This document shows, in pieces, positions 36,075-47,989 of a stretch of DNA of 55,470 nt. The notes under the pieces were generated by a model. The model saw only the letters and a list, made by a program, of their open reading frames with translations, had not been told where the DNA came from and did not search any database. The stretch is from Azolla caroliniana (Eukaryota > Plantae > Polypodiophyta), in NCBI GenBank assembly GCA_043228905.1, contig JBHGNT010000194.1, positions 1-55,470 on the forward strand, written 5' to 3'. Numbering within the stretch: the stretch's first letter is position 1; the number at the start of each line of letters is the position of its first letter. The translations under genes and the position numbers were made by a program.

Positions 36075-39000
36075 GTTCAGTGGCCGGAAGGCCCAAGTAT
36101 GTGAAGCCTGCCAACTTGGGAAGCAACACCGGCTTCCATTCCCTCCCAAACAAAACCGTAGCCGTAACAAGCTCGACCTTATTCATTCGGATGTATGGGG
36201 ACCGGCACAGAACGTGAGTCTTGGCGGGAGTCGATACTTCATCTCCTTCATCGACGATTATAGTTGGCACACATGGATCTACCTCATTGAGCGGAAGAGC
36301 GAAGTCTTCGATTGTTTCTAGAACCTCTAGAGCATGGTGGAATGGGAATCGGAGAGGAACATCAAGTGCCTGCGGTTAGATGGCGGAAATGAATATTTTT
36401 CCGGCCAATTCAACAGTTATCTACATCAAACAGGAATTCAGAGAGAGTTCAGCTGCAGATACACACCGGAGCAAAATGGTGTGGCCGAAAGGAAGAATTG
36501 GTCGCTTGTCGATGCAGCAAGGGCAATGCTGGAAGAGAAGAGCATGCCCCATTTCTACTGGGCGGAGGTGGTCCGGACGACCGTCTACATCCAAAACTGG
36601 ATTGGTGACAAGGTGTCCGCGCATGAGTTGTATTTCGGGCGCAAGCCGAATTTGAGACACCTTCGGATTTTCGGCAGCATAGCATATGTGCATGTGCCGG
36701 ATGAGAAGCGGAGGAAGCTGGATGCAAAATCGGAGAAGTGCATCCTCGTCGGCTACTCACATGAGCAAAAGGGGTGTAAGTGTTATAACCCTCAGACGAA
36801 GCAGGTCCGAGTTAGCCGCGATGTTGAGTTTGATGAGACAGCATCATGGTATGCCTTACCAGCTCCGACTTCTGACCCCGACCCGATACCAGAGATGAGG
36901 CTAGTGAGCCTGAACCGGTCTAGTTAGAAGATGATGAATCCGGGACTCAAGAAGAGAGTCCGAAATTGTTTCGGTTGAGTGGGCCGAACGAGAGACTGGG
37001 TGAATCCGACCAGTCGGATGAGGAACTGGCGAGTAATGAAGACTCTGCCGTGCTCTCCCCGTGCAAGGAACCGAGGAGACGGTTCACGCGCAAAGAGAAG
37101 GGGAAGAAGAAGGTGCCAGATTATGAAACCGGTAATGATGAGTCGGATCAGAGCGGATCCGACTCCGGAAAGGAAAATGACGGTTCTTCGGCACCAAGAC
37201 TGAACCGGCCAAGAAGGGCCTCAAACCGGGTAACGGTGGGTTACGTCGGTCAACCCGCCAGAAGGAACCTGTTAAGCGGTACGGGTACAATGAGTACATG
37301 GCGCATCACTATGCATACATGACCAAGGGGCGGAAGTGCGTGAGCCGGAGAGCTACGTAGAAGCGACAAAGGACGCACATTGGCGTGCCGCTATGGAAGA
37401 AGAGATGCGGGCACTTGATGCCAACGCGACATGGGACCTGGTTGACCCTCCCCGTCACTGTAAAGTACAACGCCGACGGTTCAGTTAACTGGTACAAGGC
37501 CCGATTAGTGGCGAAGGGATACACGCAGACCCACGGAATCGACTACGACGAGACCTTCGCTCCGGTAGCGAAGATGACGATGGTTCTTGTGGTGCTGGCA
37601 GTTGCAGCGGCAAGGGGGTGGCATCTTCACCAGATGGATGTGAAGAATGCATTTCTTCAAGGAGATCTTGAAGAAGAGGTCTTTATGACACAACCCCCCG
37701 GTTTCCAAACAGAGATGAACAAGTCGGTTGTATGCCAGTTGAAGAAATCACTTTATGGCCTGAAGCAAGCCCCTCGATCTTGGAATGCGAAGATCACGCA
37801 CCGGTTGCGTAAGATGGGGTTTGCAGCCTCCAAGTCTGACTCTTCATTGTTCATCTGGCAAGGTCTGGACGGTTCAGTTTGCATCTTGTTGTATGTTGAT
37901 GATCTAGTCATCACCGGACTCGAACTCGAGGAAATTAGCCGAGTCAAGTCCCAGTTGTCAGATGCATTTGAGATGAAGGAACTGGGAGACCTTAATTATT
38001 TCCTTGGGATTGAGGTGATCCGAACCCCCGACGGCATATTGCTCTCACAACAACATTATGTGTTGAATATGTTGTACAAGTTCGGCATGACGGAATGCCG
38101 ACCTATCTCTACTCCCCTGGACTAGAACCAGAAGCTCTGTCTCGACTCCGGACCGGCCTGCGATGAGAAACGGTTCCGACAAATTGTCGGAAGCCTTATA
38201 TATTTGACCATCACCCGACCTGACATCAGCTATCCAGTTGGTGTGATTAGCCAATTCATGCAAAAGCCGACCGTAGAGCATCTTCAATGCGCGCACCGAA
38301 TACTACGGTATGTGAGCGGCACGAAGGACCGGGGACTGTTATACCGGCGAGGTATAACCGAAGAGCTGGTCGATTACACGGATGCCGACTAGGCCGACGA
38401 TGCATCAGATCGCCGATCAACCTTTGGCTATATGTTTTCCCTAGGTAGCGTGGCTGTTGCGTGGAGCAGCAAAAAGCAGCCAACAGTTGCTCTATCGAGC
38501 ACTGAGGCTGAGTATCGGGGCGCTACCATCGCCACCTGTGAAGCCATTTGGCTTCAGCGACTGGTGCAAGACCTGCGGATTGGGGTGCCGACTCCGATCC
38601 TGATCTACTGCGACAACATAAGCAGCATGCAGCTCGCCAAGAACCCTGTATTCCATGCTCGCACAAAGCACATAGAAGTGCACTATCACTTCGTGCGTGA
38701 GCGTGTCCTGAGCGGTGAGGTCGAACTTCGGTATGTTCACATGGATCGGCAAGTTCACATGGATCGACAAGTTGTCGACATCTTCACCAAACCACTCGGA
38801 TTGGACAAGTTGTAGCACTTAACCGAAATGCTTGGTGTTCAACATCTCGACGTGCCACACTTGAGGGGGAGAATGGGCAAAGACACCGGAACGGGCAAAG
38901 GCAAAGAGATTGTTGATTGCGCCGGTGAGGGAAGAACCGATAAAGGGAGAGACAAGAAGAAGAAAGGAGATGAGTCGACAATGGAAGTCGACACATCCGA

Positions 39001-40695
39001 ACAAGTCGGAACAAGCGACAACGGCGGTAGAGTCAAGAAGGACAGAGCCGACCAAAAGAAGAAGGCCAAGACCCGGACATGGTCCGATGTGGTGAAGGGC
39101 CTCGAATAGGAAGACGAATCGGGAGCGACCGATTTGGACAAGAGCTGGAACAAATCGGAGACAGTCGATTCGGTTCAACAGACAGATTTGGAAGAACCGG
39201 ATCAATTCAACGCCAAGAGGACGAGAAGGCAGCGAAAGTCAACGCCAACACGAAGGAATCGGCAAACCGGCACGCGCCGAAGTCACAACAGTGAGGGAGC
39301 TGAATTGGGCCCGTTGAGCAGACAAGCCGACCGAGGAGGTCAAGGTGGGCAGAACAAGAGGGGTCGCGGCAAACAGAACCGGACTGAACGAGGAGCACAA
39401 GCAAGGCGGAGTGACGCCAGAAGGAGCTGGGCAGAAGGACCGGTTGCCACAAACATTGACACTACGACCGGACCTCAAGTTGAGCTTGAGGGGGAGTGTT
39501 GAGCGGCAAGCTCAATTGGAGCTGGATCGGCTAAATAAGCCTGAGTCGGTGAGCTAGACGGATCGGTGAGCCGGTGAACAAAAGAGCTAGTTAGCCGGAC
39601 CCATCAGTAACCGGAAGCCTAGTAGCAGCTAGACTACTAGGGAGTTAATACTCTCGTAGTTAGTTCAGACGCTCGAGTGAGCATTGAAGTACAACGTACT
39701 TCTGTCAGTTCGTATGGACTTGTATAAAAGTGTTCGCTGAACACATACTATGTACATAGTGTTGATATAATTTTTAAATAGTGATTCTTGTTCTGCTATC
39801 TCTCTGTCTCTCCCGCGTACTGTTAAGCTCTCCATTAAACCTGTTCTCTGTTTTCTGTTTTCTATTGCTTCCGCACACTATTTGTTTTTACAATGGTTCA
39901 CCAAAAAGCAAAAGGGGGAGGGCTAAATGTGAAAGTGTTTTTAGAATTCAAGGTATTGAAGTCTACAAGAATATAAGGTATGGAGCATTCACATGCGGAG
40001 GTCAAGAACACGAACCAAGGTCTCGAGGATAAGTCAAACAAAAAGCAAGACACGTGGAGAAAAGTAAAAGAAGAAAAAAGAGGGCCACCAAAACACAGTC
40101 TGAAACGAACGCTTATAACTCTTTCGTTTGGAAGCCGAATATAGAGTTCAAATATGGGTTAGAAAGCTCGTGAAGTCAGTTATCTGTAGCTTTTTAAATC
40201 ACTAAATTTGGAGCTTGGATGAGGGAGATATGACTATTAGAAGATTGTTGTGTCATAGCTAAGCATAGGAGATGGAAAAGCTCTAAAAAAAGTGTGGAAA
40301 AGAAAGCAAGGGAGACTTATCTAGTAGAGGAGAACTTCATATAAAGAAAGAAGAGTAAGGTGGTGTTGAGGGGTCTCTTTCTTGTGGTGATTTCTTTCCC
40401 ATTCATGTAGTGTTGTTTGAATTCTTATGAATAGATATTTGTAGTTGTATCTTCTTTTTCTCTTCCTTCTTTCATGATCAATAGATCTTTGTAGTTTTAG
40501 ATTTATATATCTTCTTTATCTTTTCTTTCTATCATCACTCTTTCAATATGTACTCTCTCCGGTTGTTGTCAAGGAGTTCAACTTAGATGACATGGTCACT
40601 GAGTTACAAAAGTATTTAATATTGTTATGTTACTCATATATTTGTTTGTTCTTTTGCATTGATGACTGACTTCACATTTCATATTTTTTTCTTAG

Positions 40696-42095
40696 TCACA
40701 AAGTATACATAAAGATTCAAGAATTGATGATGTCAAAATTGAGCCTGCCAACATGGGAAGAAGTTGAACAAGCATGCCCAATAACATCATCATATAAGGC
40801 ATTGGAAGAATACTTCATCGTGTTCAGATAATGGGTATGTGTCATTTCAATTTGAATAGATTGATTTTTATGTTGTTTCCTTACAAAATCGATACTTGCA
40901 AAAACCACCTCGATCAAAGAAAGTTAGTGATAGTAATGATGACATTCCAAGATCGTTCATCATGTACTTAGAATGTGCTAAGTATGAAAAGAGAATGACA
41001 AAGGGAAAGGAGTTGGAATTGTCGGAAGACTCGAAGGCAACGAAATGTTTTTTGCATAGAGTTGATCCTTTCAAACAATTACATTATAGTGCATTTAATG
41101 GAGAAGTGGTGAATATGCTCGAGCTATTACCGAAAAGTCACTACACATTGCTTGTTGTTGACATACCATATGGATTTTGGATCACAGAATCCATGTACGT
41201 CATTGAGTTGACCTTGGCCCCGTTATGGAGAATCGTCATATTTCACAGCATGGGTCAATCGCTATTAGTTACAATTGCTTTGAAGTCAGGGTGTCATGCC
41301 ATAGAACACATGCATTGGTGTGTTACACGTTTTTTCACAATACGTTATTAAAAATCTTGTTCTTATATGTTGCAAATTACATGTAGCCCCGACGACCGTA
41401 TGGTTAGTGCAGTTGAACATCTTTGTGTGGGTTACTACGATTCAATAACAAAGAAAAAGGCTCGAGCACATGTTAATGAACGCAATGTGATCAATTATAT
41501 CATGTGCCTAGTTGTGATGATTAAATTATGACATGTTTCCGGTGATACGAGTCTTGTGAACCCTTATCAAAAACCTCAAAGATTAATCAATTGCCTCACC
41601 GAGCTCTTCTCAAACCCAGATGATTGGGTTCTAGATTTGTTCTCTGGCAAAAGTATATAATATAAATTTACTCAAATTCATTTAGATTAAGTTATAGACT
41701 ATAATTCTTATTTTGACTTGTTCACTTCCATTCCACTATCAGGTACTACTACAACTTGTGCATTAAAGATGTTTTGAAACTGTGTTGCATTGGAGAAGGA
41801 CCCTGAACAAGTAAACTTCATCAAAAAGAGGATCCAAGGTATTTGGGACTGTCCCGATCAAGATCAAGAAGTTGGAGCCAAGCACATCAATGAAACAGAG
41901 AGGTTCCAGATAACTTCAAGCGAACCAATGGAACCAATAGATGAAGAAGTAGGGGACATTGTGGACCTAGAAGAGGTATCAGAGTCTGAACATATGCACG
42001 ATTCAAGGGAGCATGTAGGTGATGCTAATGAGGACAATCTAGAACAATCAACTCTTCCGGAAGAGCCCGCCATACCGAACTTACTTATAGATTGA
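40696..42095 (+). pseudogene. Spliced beta-class DNA amino-methyltransferase (N6-adenine/N4-cytosine, N6_N4_Mtase-like) pseudogene, 5'-truncated
   Basis: Exons 40696-40834, 40887-41317, 41387-41652 and 41743-42095 join in frame. Catalytic motif IV LLVVDIPYG (41160-41171) precedes NPYQKP..LI..L...FSNPDDWVLDLFSGK|STT (motifs X and I) and VALEKDPEQVNFIKKRI (motif II), the beta-class order. In-frame stops at 40829, 41529 and 41775 and one CAG>CAA acceptor change. Confidence 0.85.
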
Positions 42096-43087
42096 TCTAT
42101 ATGGCGAACTATATAATTTGAGGAATATTAAATGTTAATTTTTTACTTGTGACTTCTTTGTATATTTGAACAATATTAATCCTCAAAGTTTTAGTTTGTT
42201 TCACCGTTGCATTTCCTCACTTCTTGAACAAAATATTTAAGTATAAATTGTATATATATACAATTTGTCTATAGGCTCTTTCTTAGTTTGGGGTATTCAC
42301 ATGATATTATACTTGGTAATTAGTTGTAGTATGATTGGATAGTTAAATTTGTTCTATGATATTACACATGGAAGGTGTCATTTGACATTGGTTGCAAGGT
42401 TGTTGATTTCAAATTGTATCATTTTACTTGGTAGATAACTACCACTTTCATAAATTACTTTGTGATGTATTATATGTAAATGTACGATAGAATTATCATT
42501 GTACCATTTCCAAAAGTGGGGTACTATTTTTATATTTGGCACAATTATGGTTAATAAAATTCAACTTACATGGAATTCTGCCCTGCAATTTAGAATTGGA
42601 TACCAAAACAAGCGATATGGAATTCACATCTTGTCATGAAATGATTTAGTTCTAAATTCCGCTATATTTTAAGAAACCATGTATGCATGTGTCGTACCTT
42701 TTTGAAAGTCTGCTAAAATAAGGCATTTTTTAACATCTCGCCAAGATGAGAAAAAGAGAATGCAACGTATTGCCTGTTTCAAATGTCCCAGTGTTTTGTA
42801 GTTTATTGACCTTGGCCTCTTTGTGATAGTTAGGTCAATCCAACCTCGAGAACTTAGAGATTCGTGGCGTTGCCATTTGCGATTGGTGTTGGACATGCCA
42901 ACACCAAGCTGGGATTATATTATTGCCAACGATAGGGCTATGGTGTTCAAGGAGAAATGGCTTCGAGACCATGACATGATGCCACTTTAATTGAACGTTG
43001 TAAGTTGACTCTTCATCGTTGCTTGTATAAACCCCTCTAAAATCAAAACCATCACTACATTCTTCTTCTTTTGGGTTAGTTGATAAT

Positions 43088-43330
43088 GTGGTGCCCCCCC
43101 TCCCCCCTTTTCCTATAAAAGGAGGACGAGAGGGCTCATTTTAGCTCTCAACTTTTTTGGGAGGAGGAGACTTTGGCCTTCATCATCTTCTTCTTCATCT
43201 CCACCGTTCGTGAGTTAGTTCTCATCGGTTCATGTATTCGTCTTCAGTTCATGTGCTTATGTTCGATTGTCATCTTCGGTGTACAAGGGTTCGTTGCTCG
43301 GTGTTTGGATTTAGTCTCGTCTTGAAGGGC
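43088..43330 (+). mobile_element. LTR-like fragment (insertion target of element E)
   Basis: Starts TGTGG, has a TATA-like CCTATAAAAGG and a pyrimidine-rich R/U5-like stretch. No partner LTR seen. Confidence 0.3.
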
Positions 43331-43335
43331 ATTCA

Positions 43336-45116
43336 TGTTGAATACACGTGTATAATGGCCGTATTCACATTGTCCCACTTGAACCTGGTGACCTAGAGGA
43401 GGAAATCTATATGGAACAACCGAAAGGCTTTGCTAAACCCGGCCACAAAAGTCTAGTCTACCGACTCAAGAAGAGTCTCTCTACGGCCTGAAGCAAGCTC
43501 CCTGATAGTCATATAGAAGTTTGACGATTTTATACAATCGGTCGGCTTCTCCAGGAGTGACGAGGATCACTCCCTCTTCTCAAAAAAAACTAAAGATGGG
43601 TCTCTCATCTTCCTCATCCTCTACATGGACGACATGCTACTCTTTGGCCAGCATGTTGGAGAGCTCGTTGATCTCGTTCGGTAACTGCAGTTGAAGTTTT
43701 CCATGAAGGACCGCGGTTTGGCAAGAAACATACTCAGAATGAAGATTAGTTGGGTCCGGATTCGGTGACAATTAGTTTTGTCTCGAGCGAACTACATCAA
43801 ACGTGTCTTGGAACGCTTGAACATGAAATCGACCAATATATGCTTCGACCCTGCTCCCCATTAAGCTTCGACTGTCTCAATGAGACAGTTCGACATCCAG
43901 TCCAAAGGGGGAAGATATGAAGTCGGTACCATACGCACCAATAGCCGGCTCCTTAATATTGCTCACACCGTAGGAGTCATTAGTAGATTCATGCACAACC
44001 CTGGCCGATCGCATTAGAATGCAATCAAGCATGTGTTCAGATATGTGGTGGGCACACAAGACCTTGGCATCCTCTTTAGTCCGAACAAGAACCCAGGCGT
44101 AGTTGGCTACACTTACTCAGATTTTCTGGCTGTGTGGACAGCCAAAAGTCAACGACCGGATACTTCTTCAAATTCAACAATGGAGCAATTTCATGGAAGT
44201 CAAAACATCAAGAATGCACAACCACTTCAACCACCGAAGTCGAATACATAGCCGCCACCGATGCAAGGAAAGAGGCTCTATGGCTCGGTCTGCTTGCATG
44301 TACGTTTCGACAAGCTGATTCCAATTCGGCCCCAATTGTCTACAGTTAGGGTGTTGTCACCTTGTCGAAGAACCCGGTCCACCACAACACCTCAAAGCAC
44401 ATTGATGTCCGATACCACTTCGTTCGGGATTGTGTAACCTTAGGTAAGCTTGGCCTCAAGAAGATCTCCACAACCAACAACATATCAGATGGGATGTCCA
44501 AGAGTCTCACAACTGACCAATTTCGGTCACTTCTGCACTAGATGGGCTTAAGGAGAAAGCCGTCTGATCGAGTTGAACAATAGAGATAGTTTCGAACAAT
44601 CGTCCTTGACAGCCGATTCAACTTCTGCTCTCGAACCAACTAATTCAACATCTGCTTCTTTCGGCCATTACCAATTCGACTATAAGCCGATCTATCCTAG
44701 CATCTCTTTGTATATCATGTATCTCTTGTTTTATATTACAAGTCTCTCCTTAGTGTATACACCCATTATGGGGGAGTGTCGAATATGGGTGTATAATGGC
44801 CATATGCACATTGCCCCACTTGGACATACTAGGTTTAGGACAAATATGTAAATATGTCGAAGGGTAGTTGCCCTAACCCAGTTAGTATATAGCTGGCTTT
44901 GTAACCTAGTTCAAGGGGTTGTTGTTATCATTCTTGTATTGTAACATTTGAAATACGACAATTACACTGTGTGCCTCTTTGTCTCTGTCTCTCATACATT
45001 TTGTCTCATGATCTTGATCTTTGTTAAGTTGTCTTGCTAATCTCTGCTCTCAACTTGGTGATCTTCATCACATAGTGTTGTTGATATTTTTGCATTGACG
45101 ACCTCAATCTCCAACA
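43336..45116 (+). mobile_element. Internally deleted Ty1/Copia element E
   Basis: TSD ATTCA at 43331-43335 and 45117-45121. The first about 50 bp match the start of the 3' LTR (44777-45116) and join directly to RT (GDLEEEIYMEQP). RH ISWKSK...STTEVEY and PPT TATGGGGGAG follow. Confidence 0.9.
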
Positions 45117-45121
45117 ATTCA

Positions 45122-45470
45122 CTATTTGTGCTTTGTCTCCTTACTCTTATTGAGCTCCTGGCTAATGGGGTGTTCACACACTTGGATGCTCCTAGGGTGT
45201 GTTCCCACACTAGGGAAGTTGAGATTGATTCTCAACATGCCCCTTCAAACACAACTTCCGGTCGCCGGATAGTTGGCTTGGTCTGTCCGGTTTCGCGCCA
45301 TCTTTATGCTCACTCTGTGTCGGGCGACAACCCCTCACTCCCCCTCAAGCTCGGTTGGTTGGCGGTCGAGAGTTCGAGGTTCATTTTGAATTGTCGTAGC
45401 TTGTCGGAACCTAGGGCCTTCGTGAACATGTCAGTTGTCTATAAGTTCGTGTTGATGTGTTGTAGGTTCG
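45122..45470 (-). mobile_element. 3' fragment of a Copia (element F), same lineage as A and D
   Basis: RH end DMFTKALGSDKL...PSLRGS, two PPT-like tracts, and an LTR start TGTTGAGAATCAATCTCAACTTCCCT at 45237 nearly identical to element D's LTR start. Confidence 0.8.
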
Positions 45471-45665
45471 TGTTTCAAATGTATTTTTATGACAGGGGCT
45501 ACTAGGCCTACTTAGATTACGAGAAGGCATGGCAAAAATTCAAATGGGTTGTTATGGGTACTTACTTGGTTAACTTGTCGTCTTGGTTTATGTGGACAAT
45601 TCACAACTATGTGTCTTGGACCACCACAATATAGGTATAGATGATTCACTTGACGTCGTTGCTTT

Positions 45666-46604
45666 TTAGCATTTGATAATGGTCCTCAATGTAGGGCCTA
45701 CAATCAAATTGGGCTTTGACACTTGTGGTGGAGTTGCGACCACTGAAGCATATGTTTTTTCTAATCTGAAGCATAATATTTGTTGGTGTTCAAAACGTCC
45801 CTCAAATAAGCGATTGTCACGGCACAAGGCCTGGCTTATTGCATCACTAAGAGAATTCAAATCATCAAGCAAGGTAAGAAGTAAATCCTTCACGTCGTTG
45901 CGCAAACCTTGACGAAATTGGTCCTTTAGTGCCGCCTCATCCCATTGAACATCACATGCCAGGAGGGCAAAATCTGCAGCGTAAGTGGAAGCAGGATGAT
46001 CTCCTTGTCGTAATCTTCAAATTTTGTTTATTGTTGTCCTCATACTATCAATGTCTCAAAAGCTACCTTCGAATTCCTTTATAAATCCTTCAAAATCTTC
46101 TAATAATGGTGTGTGCTTCTCCAAGAGTGGTGCAAACCATGCTAATGTGGTACTGGTTAACAAGGTACCAACTAGCCCCACACGAGCAACATCAGTTGGG
46201 TAACAACTAGGATGTAATTTAATCACAAGTCGTACCCTATTTAAAAATCCATGAAACTGAGACCTTGTACCATCAAACTTGGCCGAAAGACTGGTCTTTG
46301 GTTCTCTCGATGGGGTTTGAACTTTCGCCGTTTGTCATTGTAGTAGAGCAGTCTCCAATTGATGCACCAGTTGAGATAACTCTTCATATTGTTGTACTTT
46401 CTCAACGCTTACTTGTTGTAGGTCCCCGAGCAGTCTTTGATTTTCTTGCTCCAATGCCACAAACTTAGTTGTTAGCATGTTGAGCTCAGACAATACGCGC
46501 ATATATTCTTACTTGCTAACAATCTCCATGGTTATGAGTGAAATTTGCTAGATTTCTTGAATAAAAAAGACAAGAAGAAAGAAGATTCAGTTCAAACTAT
46601 CGTG

Positions 46605-46649
<45 letters not shown>

Positions 46650-47008
46650 AGAAACATGATAATAGAAGGTAGAGATAGATAGATTCTATTATCATCTTCG
46701 GAGGTCAAATATGACCTATGAGACCAAAAATATTACATTTCACGTTATATGTGTGAAAGTGAGTAGCGAATGTCGATGTTCAAGAACTTCACCAATGAAT
46801 GTTGCAATCGAGCATTCACATTGTGGTTGTGAGAGAAATTTGTGGAAGGATTGGGCTTGGCCGAAGATGTGTGGAAAGCATGGTCGAATATGATCAAAGG
46901 CAGAACATTGTATCAAAGTGTGATACTCAGACTCTCAAACTTCTATTACATATCTCCCACCTCTCTCTCTCTCTCTTTGACTACTTTATTTTAGCCATTA
47001 CTTTGTCA

Positions 47009-47056
<48 letters not shown>

Positions 47057-47270
47057 GGGACGGAGTTTATATTATAAGATAACAAGGGTTACAAAGAGTA
47101 GGCTAAGGGGTGAAGACTGATGTTGAATCAAATGAGTTGTGATGAATGTATAGACATCTATTTATAGGTCCTTAAGGAGTATTCTAGAATGTTCCAAAAT
47201 ACTCTATAATGTCCTAGAATACTCTAAATATGTTGTAATAACTAATAATATAATTATTATAATTATACAT
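45666..47270 (-). mobile_element. Ty3/Gypsy 5' fragment (element G): probable LTR about 47004-47270, GA-rich leader and decayed gag 45666-46529
   Basis: Gag from ATG 46529: coiled coil, then EPKTSLSAKFDGTRSQFHGFL, LAWFAPLLE, LRQGDHPASTYAADF, QWDEAALKDQFRQGLRNDVKDLL, DNRLFE (Retrotrans_gag of chromovirus/sushi type). TATA box CCTATAAATA on the minus strand at 47159-47168. LTR limits are approximate. Confidence 0.8.
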
Positions 47271-47989
47271 CATATATGTTATTATAATGGTTAAAGGTTT
47301 AACACATAGAACAAGAAATTATGGGTTCAAATCCTTGTAAACTAAAATGTATGCCTTCATGATAGAAGGGAACCCTGACTCGAATGATGTTTAACACACG
47401 ATTAAGAAAAAAAATGCAAGCAAGAATATACAAGGGATATCTTTATAAATTTAGGTTTACAACCATTAGAGATAGACTACCACGATTTTAGTGGTTTTTA
47501 CAAAATGATCATACAATTAAAGACAAACAAAAACGAAACGAATGAAAGGAAGGCAATGGAGTTTCTAGTGAAGGTGAGTTAAGTGAGATTTCGGGATTGC
47601 GACTACTAGACCGTTGACTATGATGTGCGGATGACGGTGTAGTGTTCCCATGTCCCTTCATCCTCCCTTCAACAATTGGAGTGCAAGGTAGCCCAACCTG
47701 TCTCTCGAAATCGTCAACACATAGCTTTCTCTGTTGTGGAGAAGAGGACCCAACCTCCAAAGTATACATAAGTAGGTAGGTAGATTGAAAGTCAATGAAG
47801 TTGTCTTTGAAGAATACCAATCTAAAACCCTAGAAGGAGCAGAACTAAGAAGGCTATTTGTGAAGAAGACGGAAAATAAATCCTAAAACCTCAAGTAGGT
47901 CGAGGAGAAGAACAACAACAACAACAAAGAAAACCGAAATGGTGCACACTTCGAAACACAAGTTCTGGTTGAAAATCACACTTGTTCAT

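Larger units (their letters stand above)
29752..39892 (+). mobile_element. Ty1/Copia element A (interrupted by element C); decayed gag-PR-IN-RT-RH
   Basis: 5' LTR about 29752-30103 (5'-truncated), PBS TGGTATCAGAGC at 30104 (tRNA-iMet), gag LDRTNYASWSYKMHQYL, zinc knuckle CWYCGKKGH, protease WYVDSGASNHMT, integrase from 36080, [43 protein letters not shown] 39484-39496, 3' LTR 39497-39892 (TG...CA). Multiple stops and frameshifts. Confidence 0.95.
29270..40676 (+). mobile_element. Old LTR-retrotransposon remnant (element B) hosting the Copia nest; PPT at about 39911-39927, 3' LTR 39928-40676
   Basis: After element A ends, AAAAGGGGGAGGGCTAAA precedes a 749-bp segment bounded by TGTGAA...TTCACA. 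Decayed gag-like and acidic sequence at 29270-29750 is the likely left portion. No 5' LTR is visible. Confidence 0.55.

Noticed and set aside
30167-39478. Numerous overlapping antisense and alternate-frame ORFs in the track
   Set aside because: Shadows of GC-rich retrotransposon coding sequence, with no independent motifs.
38828-39502. env-like gene in element A
   Set aside because: The extension is in frame with Pol, hydrophilic and low-complexity, with no transmembrane segment or signal peptide.
40696-42095. Bacterial contamination or a functional MTase gene
   Set aside because: It has spliceosomal-type introns and is contiguous with plant LTR elements. This copy has three in-frame stops, a broken acceptor and no 5' end.
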